64,000 nucleotides of DNA. Source: a virus. The stretch lies in IMG/VR virus record IMGVR_UViG_3300037452_000118, positions 32,001-96,000 of that record; one strand, given 5' to 3'. The translations under genes and the position numbers were made by a program. The notes beneath the pieces were generated by a model, which was not told where the DNA came from, made no database searches, and was given only the letters and a program-made list of their open reading frames with translations. Below are positions 36,430 through 44,030 of this stretch, in pieces (within the stretch, counting starts at the first letter, position 1; each line of letters opens with the position of its first letter).

Positions 36430-36503
36430 GGTCCTGTATCTCAGTGGCAGAGAACGCGGCCGATAACCGTGAGACGCGGGTTCGATTCCCGACGGGACTA
36501 CCA
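36430..36503 (+). tRNA. tRNA-Ile(GAT)
   Basis: CGCGG-CCGATAA-CCGTG; CCA. Confidence 0.85.
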
Positions 36504-36550
36504 ACGAAAGGAACTAGGAAAATGCTCTATCCGCTCAAACGCGGGTCTGC

Positions 36551-36625
36551 GGACCCGTGGTGTAATAGGTAGCACACGAGACTTTTAATCTTGGAGCCAG
36601 AGTTCAAATCTCTGCGGGTCTACCA
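36551..36625 (+). tRNA. tRNA-Lys(TTT)
   Basis: CGAGA-CTTTTAA-TCTTG; CCA. Confidence 0.85.
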
Positions 36626-36631
36626 AATAAC

Positions 36632-36707
36632 GGACGACTAGCTCAATTGGCAGAGCATCCGCCTCTTAAGCGGCAGGTTCGGGGATCGTGGCCCCGGTCG
36701 TCCTCCA
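36632..36707 (+). tRNA. tRNA-Lys(CTT)
   Basis: CCGC-CTCTTAA-GCGG; CCA. Confidence 0.85.
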
Positions 36708-36708
36708 T

Positions 36709-36784
36709 GTGCCAGTACCCCAACGGTAGAGGGATCGCCCTGAGAAGGCGTTCAGTGGGCGTTCGAATCGCCCTTGGCACACCA
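36709..36784 (+). tRNA. tRNA-Leu(GAG)
   Basis: CGCC-CTGAGAA-GGCG; short variable loop. Confidence 0.8.
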
Positions 36785-36785
36785 T

Positions 36786-36859
36786 GCGGCTATAGCTCAA
36801 AGGCAGAGCGTTCGGTTGTCAACCGAGGGACCGGGGATCAATACCCCGTAGCCGCGCCA
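36786..36859 (+). tRNA. tRNA-Asp(GTC)
   Basis: TTCGG-TTGTCAA-CCGAG; GCCA end. Confidence 0.85.
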
Positions 36860-36865
36860 ATTCAA

Positions 36866-36942
36866 CAGGGTGTAGCTCAGTCTGGTAGAGCACTTGCTTC
36901 GGAAGCAAGGGGCCGCAGGATCGAAGCCTGCCACCCTGACCA
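36866..36942 (+). tRNA. tRNA-Pro(CGG)
   Basis: CTTGC-TTCGGAA-GCAAG; CCA. Confidence 0.9.
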
Positions 36943-36946
36943 ATTC

Positions 36947-37021
36947 GGCCGTCTAGCTTAACGGCAGAGCCCGCGCCTCATAAGCGCAGTGATGCGAGTT
37001 CGACTCTCGCGGCGGCTACCA
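36947..37021 (+). tRNA. tRNA with CAT anticodon (Met or Ile2)
   Basis: GCGC-CTCATAA-GCGC; CCA. Confidence 0.8.
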
Positions 37022-37031
37022 GGAGGCGGCC

Positions 37032-37358
37032 ATGCGCTGCATCGTCAAATACGAGCATCCGAAAAGATTGCTCCGCGTCTACGTGCACGGCGCGCCTCAT
37101 CGGCGCGTCCATCGCGAAGTGCTCAAACGCTACCGCGAGGAATTGTGGAAGGCGGCGCAGGCTGCGGGCATCACGGCGGCGATGACCCATCAAATAACTT
37201 TGTCGGCGACGTTCATCGACCCGACGGGACCGGACTTGGACAACCTCATCACGGCGCTGTTTCAGGCGCTGGACGGCAAATGCGGGAAAGGTCCGACGAT
37301 CTTGAAAGACGACAAACAGATCGTCTACATCGAAAAAACTGGGATCATCTTCCCTTAG
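37032..37358 (+). CDS. RusA-like Holliday junction resolvase/endonuclease inside the tRNA array
   Basis: PDLDNLITALFQALDG..LKDDKQIV; SD AGGAGG. Confidence 0.7.
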   Translation: MRCIVKYEHPKRLLRVYVHGAPHRRVHREVLKRYREELWKAAQAAGITAAMTHQITLSATFIDPTGPDLDNLITALFQALDGKCGKGPTILKDDKQIVYIEKTGIIFP

Positions 37359-37425
37359 CTCATTTGGACAGAGCACCCGGTTCCGAACCGGGAGGTACGG
37401 TGTTCGAATCACCGAGGGAAGGCCA
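37349..37425 (+). tRNA. tRNA-Arg(CCG)
   Basis: CCCGG-TTCCGAA-CCGGG; overlaps the RusA-like stop codon. Confidence 0.88.
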
Positions 37426-37429
37426 ACAT

Positions 37430-37514
37430 GGATGGTTTGCCGGCGGCCCGGCGGCGAGTTTTGAAAACTCGTAGCACCGAAAGGTGTGGCGATCGACACG
37501 TCAACCATCCGCCA
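37430..37514 (+). tRNA. tRNA-Ser(TGA)
   Basis: CGAGT-TTTGAAA-ACTCG; long variable arm. Confidence 0.8.
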
Positions 37515-37518
37515 ATAC

Positions 37519-37604
37519 GGAAGGCTAACCGAACAGGGTTCGGCGTCGCCTGGAAAGCGCACGGCTCGGCAACGAGTGGAGATCGTGTCTTCAGCCTTCC
37601 GCCA
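37519..37604 (+). tRNA. tRNA-Ser(GGA)
   Basis: CGC-CTGGAAA-GCG; long variable arm; GCCA. Confidence 0.75.
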
Positions 37605-37608
37605 TTAC

Positions 37609-37698
37609 GGAAAGTCAACGCGGCGAGTGCCGCGCGCCCGTTCGAAGCGGGATGGAACGCGCATAGCGTTTGGGGATCAAGACCTCGGCTTTCCGCCA
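37609..37698 (+). tRNA. tRNA-Ser(CGA)
   Basis: CCCG-TTCGAAG-CGGG; long variable arm; GCCA. Confidence 0.75.
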
Positions 37699-37702
37699 TT
37701 GA

Positions 37703-37776
37703 CGCGCGATGGAGGAGGAGTTCCTTGCTAGGCTCATAACCTGGAGACGTCGGTGCAAGTCCGGCTCGCGCAACCA
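37703..37776 (+). tRNA. Initiator-like tRNA-fMet(CAT)
   Basis: C1:A72 mismatch; CTAGG-CTCATAA-CCTGG. Confidence 0.78.
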
Positions 37777-37781
37777 ACTAA

Positions 37782-37868
37782 GGGCAAGTATGCAAGAGGC
37801 CAAAGCAGCGGCGCTGTAAACGCCGTCCCGAAAGGGTTCGCAGGTTCGAATCCGTGCCTTGCCCACCA
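37782..37868 (+). tRNA. tRNA-Tyr(GTA)
   Basis: CGGCG-CTGTAAA-CGCCG; long variable arm. Confidence 0.88.
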
Positions 37869-37869
37869 T

Positions 37870-37943
37870 GCGGACAAAGGATTACGGCAGTCTCCCTCGT
37901 TGCCAACGAGGTGGCGGGAGTTCGACTCTCCCTGTCCGTACCA
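37870..37943 (+). tRNA. tRNA-Gly(GCC)
   Basis: CCTCG-TTGCCAA-CGAGG. Confidence 0.82.
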
Positions 37944-37945
37944 AC

Positions 37946-38021
37946 GCCCACTAAGCTAATCTGGTGAAAGCGTCTGCCTGAAGAGCAGAAGAGCGTGGCT
38001 CGAAACCACGAGTGGGCACCA
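37946..38021 (+). tRNA. tRNA-Phe(GAA)
   Basis: TCTGC-CTGAAGA-GCAGA. Confidence 0.85.
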
Positions 38022-38025
38022 ATCT

Positions 38026-38097
38026 GGGCCGGGCGTCGGGACGCAGTGATGCCTTGCAAGCAACGCGTTGGGAGTTCAACTCTCCCTCGGTCCACCA
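38026..38097 (+). tRNA. tRNA-Ala(TGC)
   Basis: TGC-CTTGCAA-GCA; G3:U70 pair; reduced D-arm. Confidence 0.72.
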
Positions 38098-38104
38098 ATT
38101 TTAT

Positions 38105-38178
38105 TCCCCTCTCGTTCAACGGTAGGACACCTGACTGTTAATCAGAGAATTGTGGTTCGATTCCACGGAGGGGAGCCA
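38105..38178 (+). tRNA. tRNA-Asn(GTT)
   Basis: CTGA-CTGTTAA-TCAG; GCCA. Confidence 0.9.
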
Positions 38179-38181
38179 ATT

Positions 38182-38256
38182 GCCGCCATCGTCTAGTGGC
38201 TAGGATATTTGGTTCTCAACCAAATGAAGCGGGGTCGGAACCCGCTGGCGGCTCCA
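38182..38256 (+). tRNA. tRNA-Glu(CTC)
   Basis: TTTGG-TTCTCAA-CCAAA. Confidence 0.85.
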
Positions 38257-38262
38257 TTTTAC

Positions 38263-38339
38263 GGTGGGCGTAGCTCAATCGGTAGAGCACCAGATTGTGA
38301 ATCTGGTGGCCACGGGTTCGATCCCCGTCGCTCACCCCA
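38263..38339 (+). tRNA. tRNA-His(GTG)
   Basis: G-1, CCAGA-TTGTGAA-TCTGG, CCCA end. Confidence 0.92.
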
Positions 38340-38340
38340 A

Positions 38341-38417
38341 GGTCCCATAGCTCAACTGGACAGAGTGCCAGATTACGAATCTGGGAGATCGGGGTTCGAA
38401 TCCTCGTGGGATCGCCA
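38341..38417 (+). tRNA. tRNA-Arg(ACG)
   Basis: CCAGA-TTACGAA-TCTGG. Confidence 0.92.
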
Positions 38418-38422
38418 TTTAA

Positions 38423-38499
38423 CAGGGAGTGGGAAAGTCTGGTAATCCGCTTGCCTTGGAAGCAAGAGATCGCGGGATCGAAGCCCGCCTCCCTGACCA
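38423..38499 (+). tRNA. tRNA-Pro(TGG)
   Basis: CTTGC-CTTGGAA-GCAAG. Confidence 0.85.
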
Positions 38500-38502
38500 A
38501 TT

Positions 38503-38576
38503 GCCCCTTTCGCTCAATGGTAGGGCGCTGCGCTCTGAACGCAGATACGGTGGTTCGATTCCATCAAGGGGTGCCA
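38503..38576 (+). tRNA. tRNA-Gln(CTG)
   Basis: CTGCG-CTCTGAA-CGCAG. Confidence 0.88.
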
Positions 38577-38580
38577 TGAT

Positions 38581-38655
38581 GTTGCAGTGCCGAGAGTGGC
38601 TATCGGCCGGTCTGCAAAACCGAGAACGCGAGTTCGATCCTCGCCTGCAACTCCA
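38581..38655 (+). tRNA. tRNA-Cys(GCA)
   Basis: CGGT-CTGCAAA-ACCG; TCCA end. Confidence 0.85.
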
Positions 38656-38659
38656 TCTT

Positions 38660-38735
38660 GCGCTCGTAGCTCAGTGGACAGAGCGGCCGGTTTCTACCCG
38701 GTTGGTCCGGGGTTCGAATCCTCGCGAGCGCGCCA
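38660..38735 (+). tRNA. tRNA-Arg(TCT)
   Basis: GCCGG-TTTCTAC-CCGGT. Confidence 0.9.
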
Positions 38736-38736
38736 C

Positions 38737-38813
38737 GGTCACGTAGCTCAATTGGACAGAGCCGCAGTTTCCTAAACTGCCGTGTGGGGGTTCGAGTCCT
38801 CCCGTGATCGCCA
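38737..38813 (+). tRNA. tRNA-Arg(CCT)
   Basis: GCAGT-TTCCTAA-ACTGC. Confidence 0.9.
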
Positions 38814-38818
38814 TTTTT

Positions 38819-38902
38819 GGAGAGTTAATTCGGCAGGGACCGAACGCGGTTTGCTAAACCGTTGGTGCCGCAAGGCATGGGAATCGTGCTCTCAACTCTC
38901 CG
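38819..38902 (+). tRNA. tRNA-Ser(GCT)
   Basis: GCGGT-TTGCTAA-ACCGT; long variable arm. Confidence 0.8.
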
Positions 38903-38903
38903 C

Positions 38904-38977
38904 GCGGGTATGGTATATAGGCTGTGCCCAAGGCTTCCAACCTTGTGAACGGAGTTCGAGTCTCCGTGCCCGCACCA
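38904..38977 (+). tRNA. tRNA-Gly(TCC)
   Basis: CAAGG-CTTCCAA-CCTTG. Confidence 0.88.
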
Positions 38978-38983
38978 AATAAC

Positions 38984-39058
38984 GGCCCCTTAGTTTACTG
39001 GCTAGAATCTCCGGCCTTCACCCGGAAGGAAGCGGATCGAAACCGCTAGGGGCTGCCA
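38984..39058 (+). tRNA. tRNA-Glu(TTC)
   Basis: TCCGG-CCTTCAC-CCGGA. Confidence 0.8.
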
Positions 39059-39062
39059 AAAT

Positions 39063-39136
39063 AGCCGGTTCGTTCAACGGTAGGACGTGGGACTTTGAAT
39101 CCCACTATGAGGGTTCGATTCCTTCACCGGCTGCCA
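39063..39136 (+). tRNA. tRNA-Gln(TTG)
   Basis: TGGGA-CTTTGAA-TCCCA. Confidence 0.9.
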
Positions 39137-39137
39137 T

Positions 39138-39211
39138 GGCGGCAGAGCGCTGGGTCTCAGCGGTTCCTCATAAGGACCGTGTGCGCGGATCGTCACCGCG
39201 GGCCGCTACCA
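39138..39211 (+). tRNA. tRNA-Met(CAT), atypical
   Basis: GGTTC-CTCATAA-GGACC; degenerate D and T arms; CCA. Confidence 0.65.
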
Positions 39212-39214
39212 AAT

Positions 39215-39289
39215 ACGGGTGTAAGATAACGGTAGTCGGCAGGTCTCCAAAACCTTGCAGTCCGGGTTCAAATCCTGGCACCCGTGCCA
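39215..39289 (+). tRNA. tRNA-Trp(CCA)
   Basis: AGGT-CTCCAAA-ACCT; GCCA. Confidence 0.88.
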
Positions 39290-39355
39290 TTCCTTTCTGG
39301 ACGTTTACTGCCTGCTTCATTTCTGGCGATAGGCTGGTGACGGGAATCGCGGGGC

Positions 39356-39607
39356 GTGCTAAACGCCTTCCCGGCCATGCAGATCATCCCCAGCGGCTGC
39401 GCGTCCCCCGGCGTCGTCCTCTCGATCGCCGCGCTGGCGCCGTACTCGTTCTGGACGCGCAACGAGATGATAGGGTCGAGCAACGAGGAGATGCTGGCGG
39501 TCATGCTCAACCAGGTGCCCGCGGCGCGGATCGCCGAGATCAACGCCGCGCACGCCGCCGCGCTGAACCGGCTCGCCGGGATGCCGGTCGAGGGGAGGCC
39601 GTCGTGA
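39356..39607 (+). CDS. Hypothetical protein
   Basis: GC3-rich ORF. Confidence 0.45.
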   Translation: MLNAFPAMQIIPSGCASPGVVLSIAALAPYSFWTRNEMIGSSNEEMLAVMLNQVPAARIAEINAAHAAALNRLAGMPVEGRPS

Positions 39608-39801
39608 GCGCGCTGGTCCCGAAGACGGCGGCGCGGCGCAGGATGCTGATGGGCACCGCGATCTACCACGCCGGCGCCGCCCCGCACCTCTTCGGCACGA
39701 TCCCGCGGGCGGTCGTCGTCCCGGAGGGGACGCCGGAGCGCGTCGTCGAGAGGCTCAGCAAGGCTCAGATCAAGGCGGCGCGGAAAGAGGAGAAGCGGTG
39801 A
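39604..39801 (+). CDS. Hypothetical protein
   Basis: GTGA overlaps at both ends. Confidence 0.45.
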   Translation: MSALVPKTAARRRMLMGTAIYHAGAAPHLFGTIPRAVVVPEGTPERVVERLSKAQIKAARKEEKR

Positions 39802-41912
39802 TGCAGCCGGCGATGAGCACTTCGGCGAGCAGCGGCTTCCCTGCCGGCGCCAGGCAGGCCGACGACATGACGCCGGAGGGCTGGGCCGGCCTGATCGGCG
39901 GGCTGATGGAGTTCCTGGGCGAGGAGGTCAAGGAGCCGGAGCACGCCGCGGACGCGCAGCCGCACGGCGCCGGCGTCGCCTTCGTAACCCCGGAGGGGCA
40001 CGCTCTGTTCCTGAAGAGGTCGGCCGCAGGGGACCACCCCAACGAATTTTGTTTTCCAGGCGGCGGCGTCGAGCCCGGCGAGAACGCCGTCGAGGCGGCG
40101 CGCCGCGAGGGCGCGGAGGAGACCGGCCACCCGACCGATGGCGAGCTGCAGCCGATCGACCGCCGCAGCACCGCTGGCGTCGACTTCATGACCTTCGCCC
40201 ATCCGGTCGACGAGAAGTTCGAGCCGAAGCTCAACGGCGAGCACACCGAGCACGTCTGGGCGCCGCTCGACTCGCCGCCGTCCCCGCTGCACCCCGGCGT
40301 CGAGGCGACGCTCAAGGGCGCCGACGACTCGATGCCGGTCAAGGGCGGCAAGCAGAGCCCGTTCGACCCCGGCACCGACCCCGAGGTCAGCCTGGACGAC
40401 GAGTACCGCCGCGACGCGAAGGGCGAGTTCGCCAGCGCGGGCGAGGAGTCCGGCTCCGGCACCTCCCGCCGCGAGAGGGAGGACGGGGAGGGCCGCGGCC
40501 GGCGCCTCGACAAGGGCCGCGAGGGCGGCTCCGGCTGGTCCGAGCAGGACCTCGCCGACTACGCCGACGAGAAGCCGGAGGATGTTGCCGCCGCCGACGC
40601 GGCGAAGGAAGCGGAGCACACCGCGACGATCAAGTTCAACGGCGACTTCGACATGGCGGGGCTGCTCAAGCACCTGCACCACCTCGGCGCCATCGGCGCG
40701 TCGCGGGCGGTGGACGCGATAGACGCCGACGACAAGCCGGTCCACTTCGGCTGGGACGGCGACGGCGCCGACAAGATCGTCGAGGCGCAGATCGACGGGA
40801 AGGACGTCCTCGCCGGCGACGAGGCGATCGACGGCATCGAGGTCGATGCTACGCACGACGGCCCGTGGATGTCGTGCATGTCCAAGGACCGGCGCCGGAT
40901 GTACCGCAACAAGAATGTGCCGGCCCAAGCGGACGTCGACGGCAAGTCGGTGCCGGTCGACCCCATCCTGGCCCGCCACGAGAAGGCGGAGGTCGTCGAG
41001 CTTGAGCGGCTGCTCGCGGAGTTCAAGGAGAAGAACGGCCGCGAGCCGGACGAGGAGGAGCGCAAGGCGCTCTACCTCAAGGCCCACAAGGCGAAGGGCA
41101 CGCCGGCGGAACGGGACTTCGTCGAGCAGACCTACGGCCCCGGCTTCTGGACGAAGTGGTCGGCGTGGTGCCGCGGCGAGGAGGCCAAGGTCGAGAAGAT
41201 GCCGGTGACCAACGCGCCGGCCGACGCCGATGTCAAGCCGATCCCGCACGGGCACGGCGACCTCGAGGCCGAGGACGCCGCGTGGGACGCCGCGATCGAC
41301 ATCGCGACGGACTGGGCGCTGCGCATGGCGCTGGACCGCGAATCGGTGCGCTCGATCGACCACGACGGCCGCCTCCACATCGAGGTCGCCAACATCTGCA
41401 AGGCGAACGTCTGCCCGTACAAGGGCGACGAGATCCCGGGATGGGAGGAGCTCGGCCTCGACCCTGACAAGATCTACCGGCTGCTGCGCGACCCCGAGGA
41501 GCTGGAGAAGGCGCTGCCCTCGGCGAACAGCCTCCAGATCCTCAAGCGCCACGTCCCGGTTAACGCGGACGACCACCAGCCGTGGGAGACCGTCGGCGCG
41601 ACGGGGAGCACGGCGACGTGGGTCGCCCCTTGCATCCAGAACAGCCTCGTCATCTGGGCGCAGGACGCCATCGACGACATCGAATCGGACGCGAAGCGCG
41701 AGCTGTCGCCGGGCTACCACTACAGGCCGGACATGACGCCGGGCTCCTACCAGGGCGAGGCGCACGACGGCGTCATGCGCGAGATCAAGTTCAACCACCT
41801 CGCGCTCGTCGAGACCGGCAGGCAGGGCGACGACGTCGTGATCGGCGACACCGACGAGGTGCTGTGGGCGATCGCGGAGCGCGCCATCACGGAATTTTTG
41901 CAGGATGTCTGA
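39798..41912 (+). CDS. Multidomain prohead protease (C-terminal DUF2213-like) with N-terminal Nudix and other domains
   Basis: Nudix box GGGVEPGENAVEAARREGAEETG; HEKAE..YLKAH region; C-terminal NICKANVCPYKG..RELSPGY..FNHLALVETGRQG. Confidence 0.85.
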   Translation: MMQPAMSTSASSGFPAGARQADDMTPEGWAGLIGGLMEFLGEEVKEPEHAADAQPHGAGVAFVTPEGHALFLKRSAAGDHPNEFCFPGGGVEPGENAVEAARREGAEETGHPTDGELQPIDRRSTAGVDFMTFAHPVDEKFEPKLNGEHTEHVWAPLDSPPSPLHPGVEATLKGADDSMPVKGGKQSPFDPGTDPEVSLDDEYRRDAKGEFASAGEESGSGTSRREREDGEGRGRRLDKGREGGSGWSEQDLADYADEKPEDVAAADAAKEAEHTATIKFNGDFDMAGLLKHLHHLGAIGASRAVDAIDADDKPVHFGWDGDGADKIVEAQIDGKDVLAGDEAIDGIEVDATHDGPWMSCMSKDRRRMYRNKNVPAQADVDGKSVPVDPILARHEKAEVVELERLLAEFKEKNGREPDEEERKALYLKAHKAKGTPAERDFVEQTYGPGFWTKWSAWCRGEEAKVEKMPVTNAPADADVKPIPHGHGDLEAEDAAWDAAIDIATDWALRMALDRESVRSIDHDGRLHIEVANICKANVCPYKGDEIPGWEELGLDPDKIYRLLRDPEELEKALPSANSLQILKRHVPVNADDHQPWETVGATGSTATWVAPCIQNSLVIWAQDAIDDIESDAKRELSPGYHYRPDMTPGSYQGEAHDGVMREIKFNHLALVETGRQGDDVVIGDTDEVLWAIAERAITEFLQDV

Positions 41913-42117
41913 AGTCGTGGTAATCGACGTGAAAACCCTGCGTTTGCGGCTGCAACTGACGCAGGAGCAGTTCGCGTTGCGCTTCGGATTCAACGTCACG
42001 ACCTTGCGCCAATGGGAGCAGGGACGCCGCTGTCCGGACAGAGCAGCTAGGGCCTTCCTCGCCGTCATCGCGCACTCCCCCGAGATCGTGAGCGACGCGC
42101 TCCGCGCGGCATCTTGA
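41905..42117 (+). CDS. XRE-family HTH protein
   Basis: LTQEQFALRFGFNVTTLRQWEQGRRCP. Confidence 0.85.
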   Translation: MSEVVVIDVKTLRLRLQLTQEQFALRFGFNVTTLRQWEQGRRCPDRAARAFLAVIAHSPEIVSDALRAAS

Positions 42118-42218
42118 GCGCCGCCGCCCGCGCTAATGCAATGACGCACTATCGAATTTAGAAAAAATGCGTCATTCATAGCCGAAGTCTTTTTCTTCGG
42201 GATGCAGGACGCCGCCCA

Positions 42219-43334
42219 GTGACCACCAAGCTCGGTGCAGCCCTCCGCGAGAAGTTCGGCGACCCGAAGAAGTTGCTGGAGGCCCTCGGCCTCGACGAGA
42301 GCGTCCTCGACGCGCGCAAAACGGAGAGCCACATGTCGACGAAGCCGACGCGCCTTGCCTACGCGGTCCTCATGAATACCGCCCGCGCCGTCAACCCGCT
42401 CCTGGCCTTCGACGCCCAGGTCGACTACGCGCCGATCGTGGCCGGGCTGACGATGAAGAACTTCAAGGCGCGGAAACCGGAGATCGTCAAGCAGCTCGGC
42501 GCCGCGCTCAAGGGCAAGCTGGCGATCGACGAGGGCGTCACAATGGGCCACGTCGGCAAGATGCTCGACCACATCGAGAAGGAGGGCATGTCGAAGCCCG
42601 AATCGCTCGACGAGTCGGTATCGCCGGAGCAGCACGGCGCGATGGAGGCGGCCGCGCACGGCCACTCCAACCTCGGCATCCCCAAGGACGTCGGCAAGGA
42701 GTTTGCCGACGCCGACAAGGGCAAGACGTTCGACGCCGGCGGCCTGGAGAACCTCAAGGGGTTCCTGAAGTCCAAGGGCGTCAGCGACGAGGACATCGCG
42801 ACGGGCTGCGACATGATGTTCAAGAAGACCGTCGGCGACGCCGAGGCCGGCAAGGAAGACAAGGAAGAGCGCGAGAGCGCCCAGGCCGCCGTCGGCGACG
42901 AGACGCCGGAGGAGAAGGCCGCCCGAGAGAAGAAAGAGGGCGAGGACAAGGCCGCCAAGGACGCCGCCGACAAGGCCGCGCGCGACAACATGGTCACCAA
43001 GGACGAGATGAACAAGTCGATCTCCGCCGCCGTGAGGGCGTCGCGCGAGAACGACCGCCAGACCTTCGCCGCGCTGGAGGACGTCCGCCCCTACGTCGGC
43101 GAGCTCAAGGGCATGACCTTCGACAGCGCCGAGAAGGTCTACAGCCACGCGCTCAAGACGCTCGGCGTCAAGGTCGACGGCGTCCACCCGTCCGCGTTCA
43201 AGACGATCCTCGACCTGCAGCCGAAGCCCGGCGCGAGGCCGGCGCACGTCGCGCAGGACGCCGCGATCGACGCGACGGCGCGCAGCGACTTCAACACGAT
43301 GTTCCCGGGCGCGGCCCGCATCCAGGCGGGCTGA
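42219..43334 (+). CDS. Capsid scaffold-like protein
   Basis: Charged, helical; VRPYVGEL..FDSAEKVY..GVHPSA..AQDAA; lies between protease and capsid genes. Confidence 0.7.
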   Translation: MTTKLGAALREKFGDPKKLLEALGLDESVLDARKTESHMSTKPTRLAYAVLMNTARAVNPLLAFDAQVDYAPIVAGLTMKNFKARKPEIVKQLGAALKGKLAIDEGVTMGHVGKMLDHIEKEGMSKPESLDESVSPEQHGAMEAAAHGHSNLGIPKDVGKEFADADKGKTFDAGGLENLKGFLKSKGVSDEDIATGCDMMFKKTVGDAEAGKEDKEERESAQAAVGDETPEEKAAREKKEGEDKAAKDAADKAARDNMVTKDEMNKSISAAVRASRENDRQTFAALEDVRPYVGELKGMTFDSAEKVYSHALKTLGVKVDGVHPSAFKTILDLQPKPGARPAHVAQDAAIDATARSDFNTMFPGAARIQAG

Positions 43335-43343
43335 AAGGCAAAA

Positions 43344-44030
43344 ATGAGCCCCGACGCGAACTTCTACGTCTACGCTTACCTCCGCCCCGACGGGCGCCCC
43401 TGCTACGTCGGCAAGGGGAAGGGCAAGCGTTGGCAGCATCGGGGAAAGTGCGGGCGCAACAAGCATTTCCTGAGCATCCGCGCGCAGGCCAAGGCCGCGG
43501 GCATGGAGATGCCCTGCATCAAACTCGTCGAGGGCTTGACGGACGAGCAGGCCAAGCAGATCGAGCGCGACCTTATCTTGCTCATCGGTCGCGAGGCCAA
43601 CGGCGGTCCGCTCGTCAATCTGACGGACGGCGGGGACGGGGCGTCGGGCTACAAGCCGACCCCGGAAACGTTGGCGAAGCATAGCGCGAACCGAAAGGGC
43701 CGCACTCTTTCGCCGGAGTGGTGCGCCGCGATCAGCGCCGCGATGCCGAAGACCAAAGCCCCAGAACACGTTGCGAGTCAGGCCGCCAGCCAACGCGGCG
43801 GCACCAAAAAAAGCGGCTGGTGGTCTACTGAGGAAGGCCGCGCGAAACAACGAGCCAACAACCCCGGACATACCGGACATCACCACTCGCCGGAGACTAA
43901 GGAAATCATTCGTCGCGCTACCATACGGCAGAACGCGCGCAGAGCGGTGATCACTTCACCCGCTTGGATGATCCAAAACGCGGTCCGGTATCCTCAGCCT
44001 ACGGCTGTTTGCACAGGAGAAATTCGATGA
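43344..44030 (+). CDS. GIY-YIG-type homing endonuclease with NUMOD3-like repeats
   Basis: FYVYAY..CYVGKG..R; LVNLTDGGDG; HSPETKE. Confidence 0.8.
   Translation: MSPDANFYVYAYLRPDGRPCYVGKGKGKRWQHRGKCGRNKHFLSIRAQAKAAGMEMPCIKLVEGLTDEQAKQIERDLILLIGREANGGPLVNLTDGGDGASGYKPTPETLAKHSANRKGRTLSPEWCAAISAAMPKTKAPEHVASQAASQRGGTKKSGWWSTEEGRAKQRANNPGHTGHHHSPETKEIIRRATIRQNARRAVITSPAWMIQNAVRYPQPTAVCTGEIR

Noticed and set aside
38984-39058. Possible TCA (Sec/opal suppressor) anticodon
   Set aside because: The stem TCCGG/CCGGA frames the loop CCTTCAC with TTC centred, so it is tRNA-Glu. No evidence of stop-codon reassignment in the genes.
35854-39300. ORFs overlapping the tRNA array
   Set aside because: Explained by the tRNA genes; only the RusA-like ORF has an SD and protein motifs.
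39765-43886. Long antisense ORFs (1373 aa here; also 19548..22670 and 43994..46273)
   Set aside because: Shadow ORFs opposite GC3-rich genes with clear motifs; no recognisable domains.
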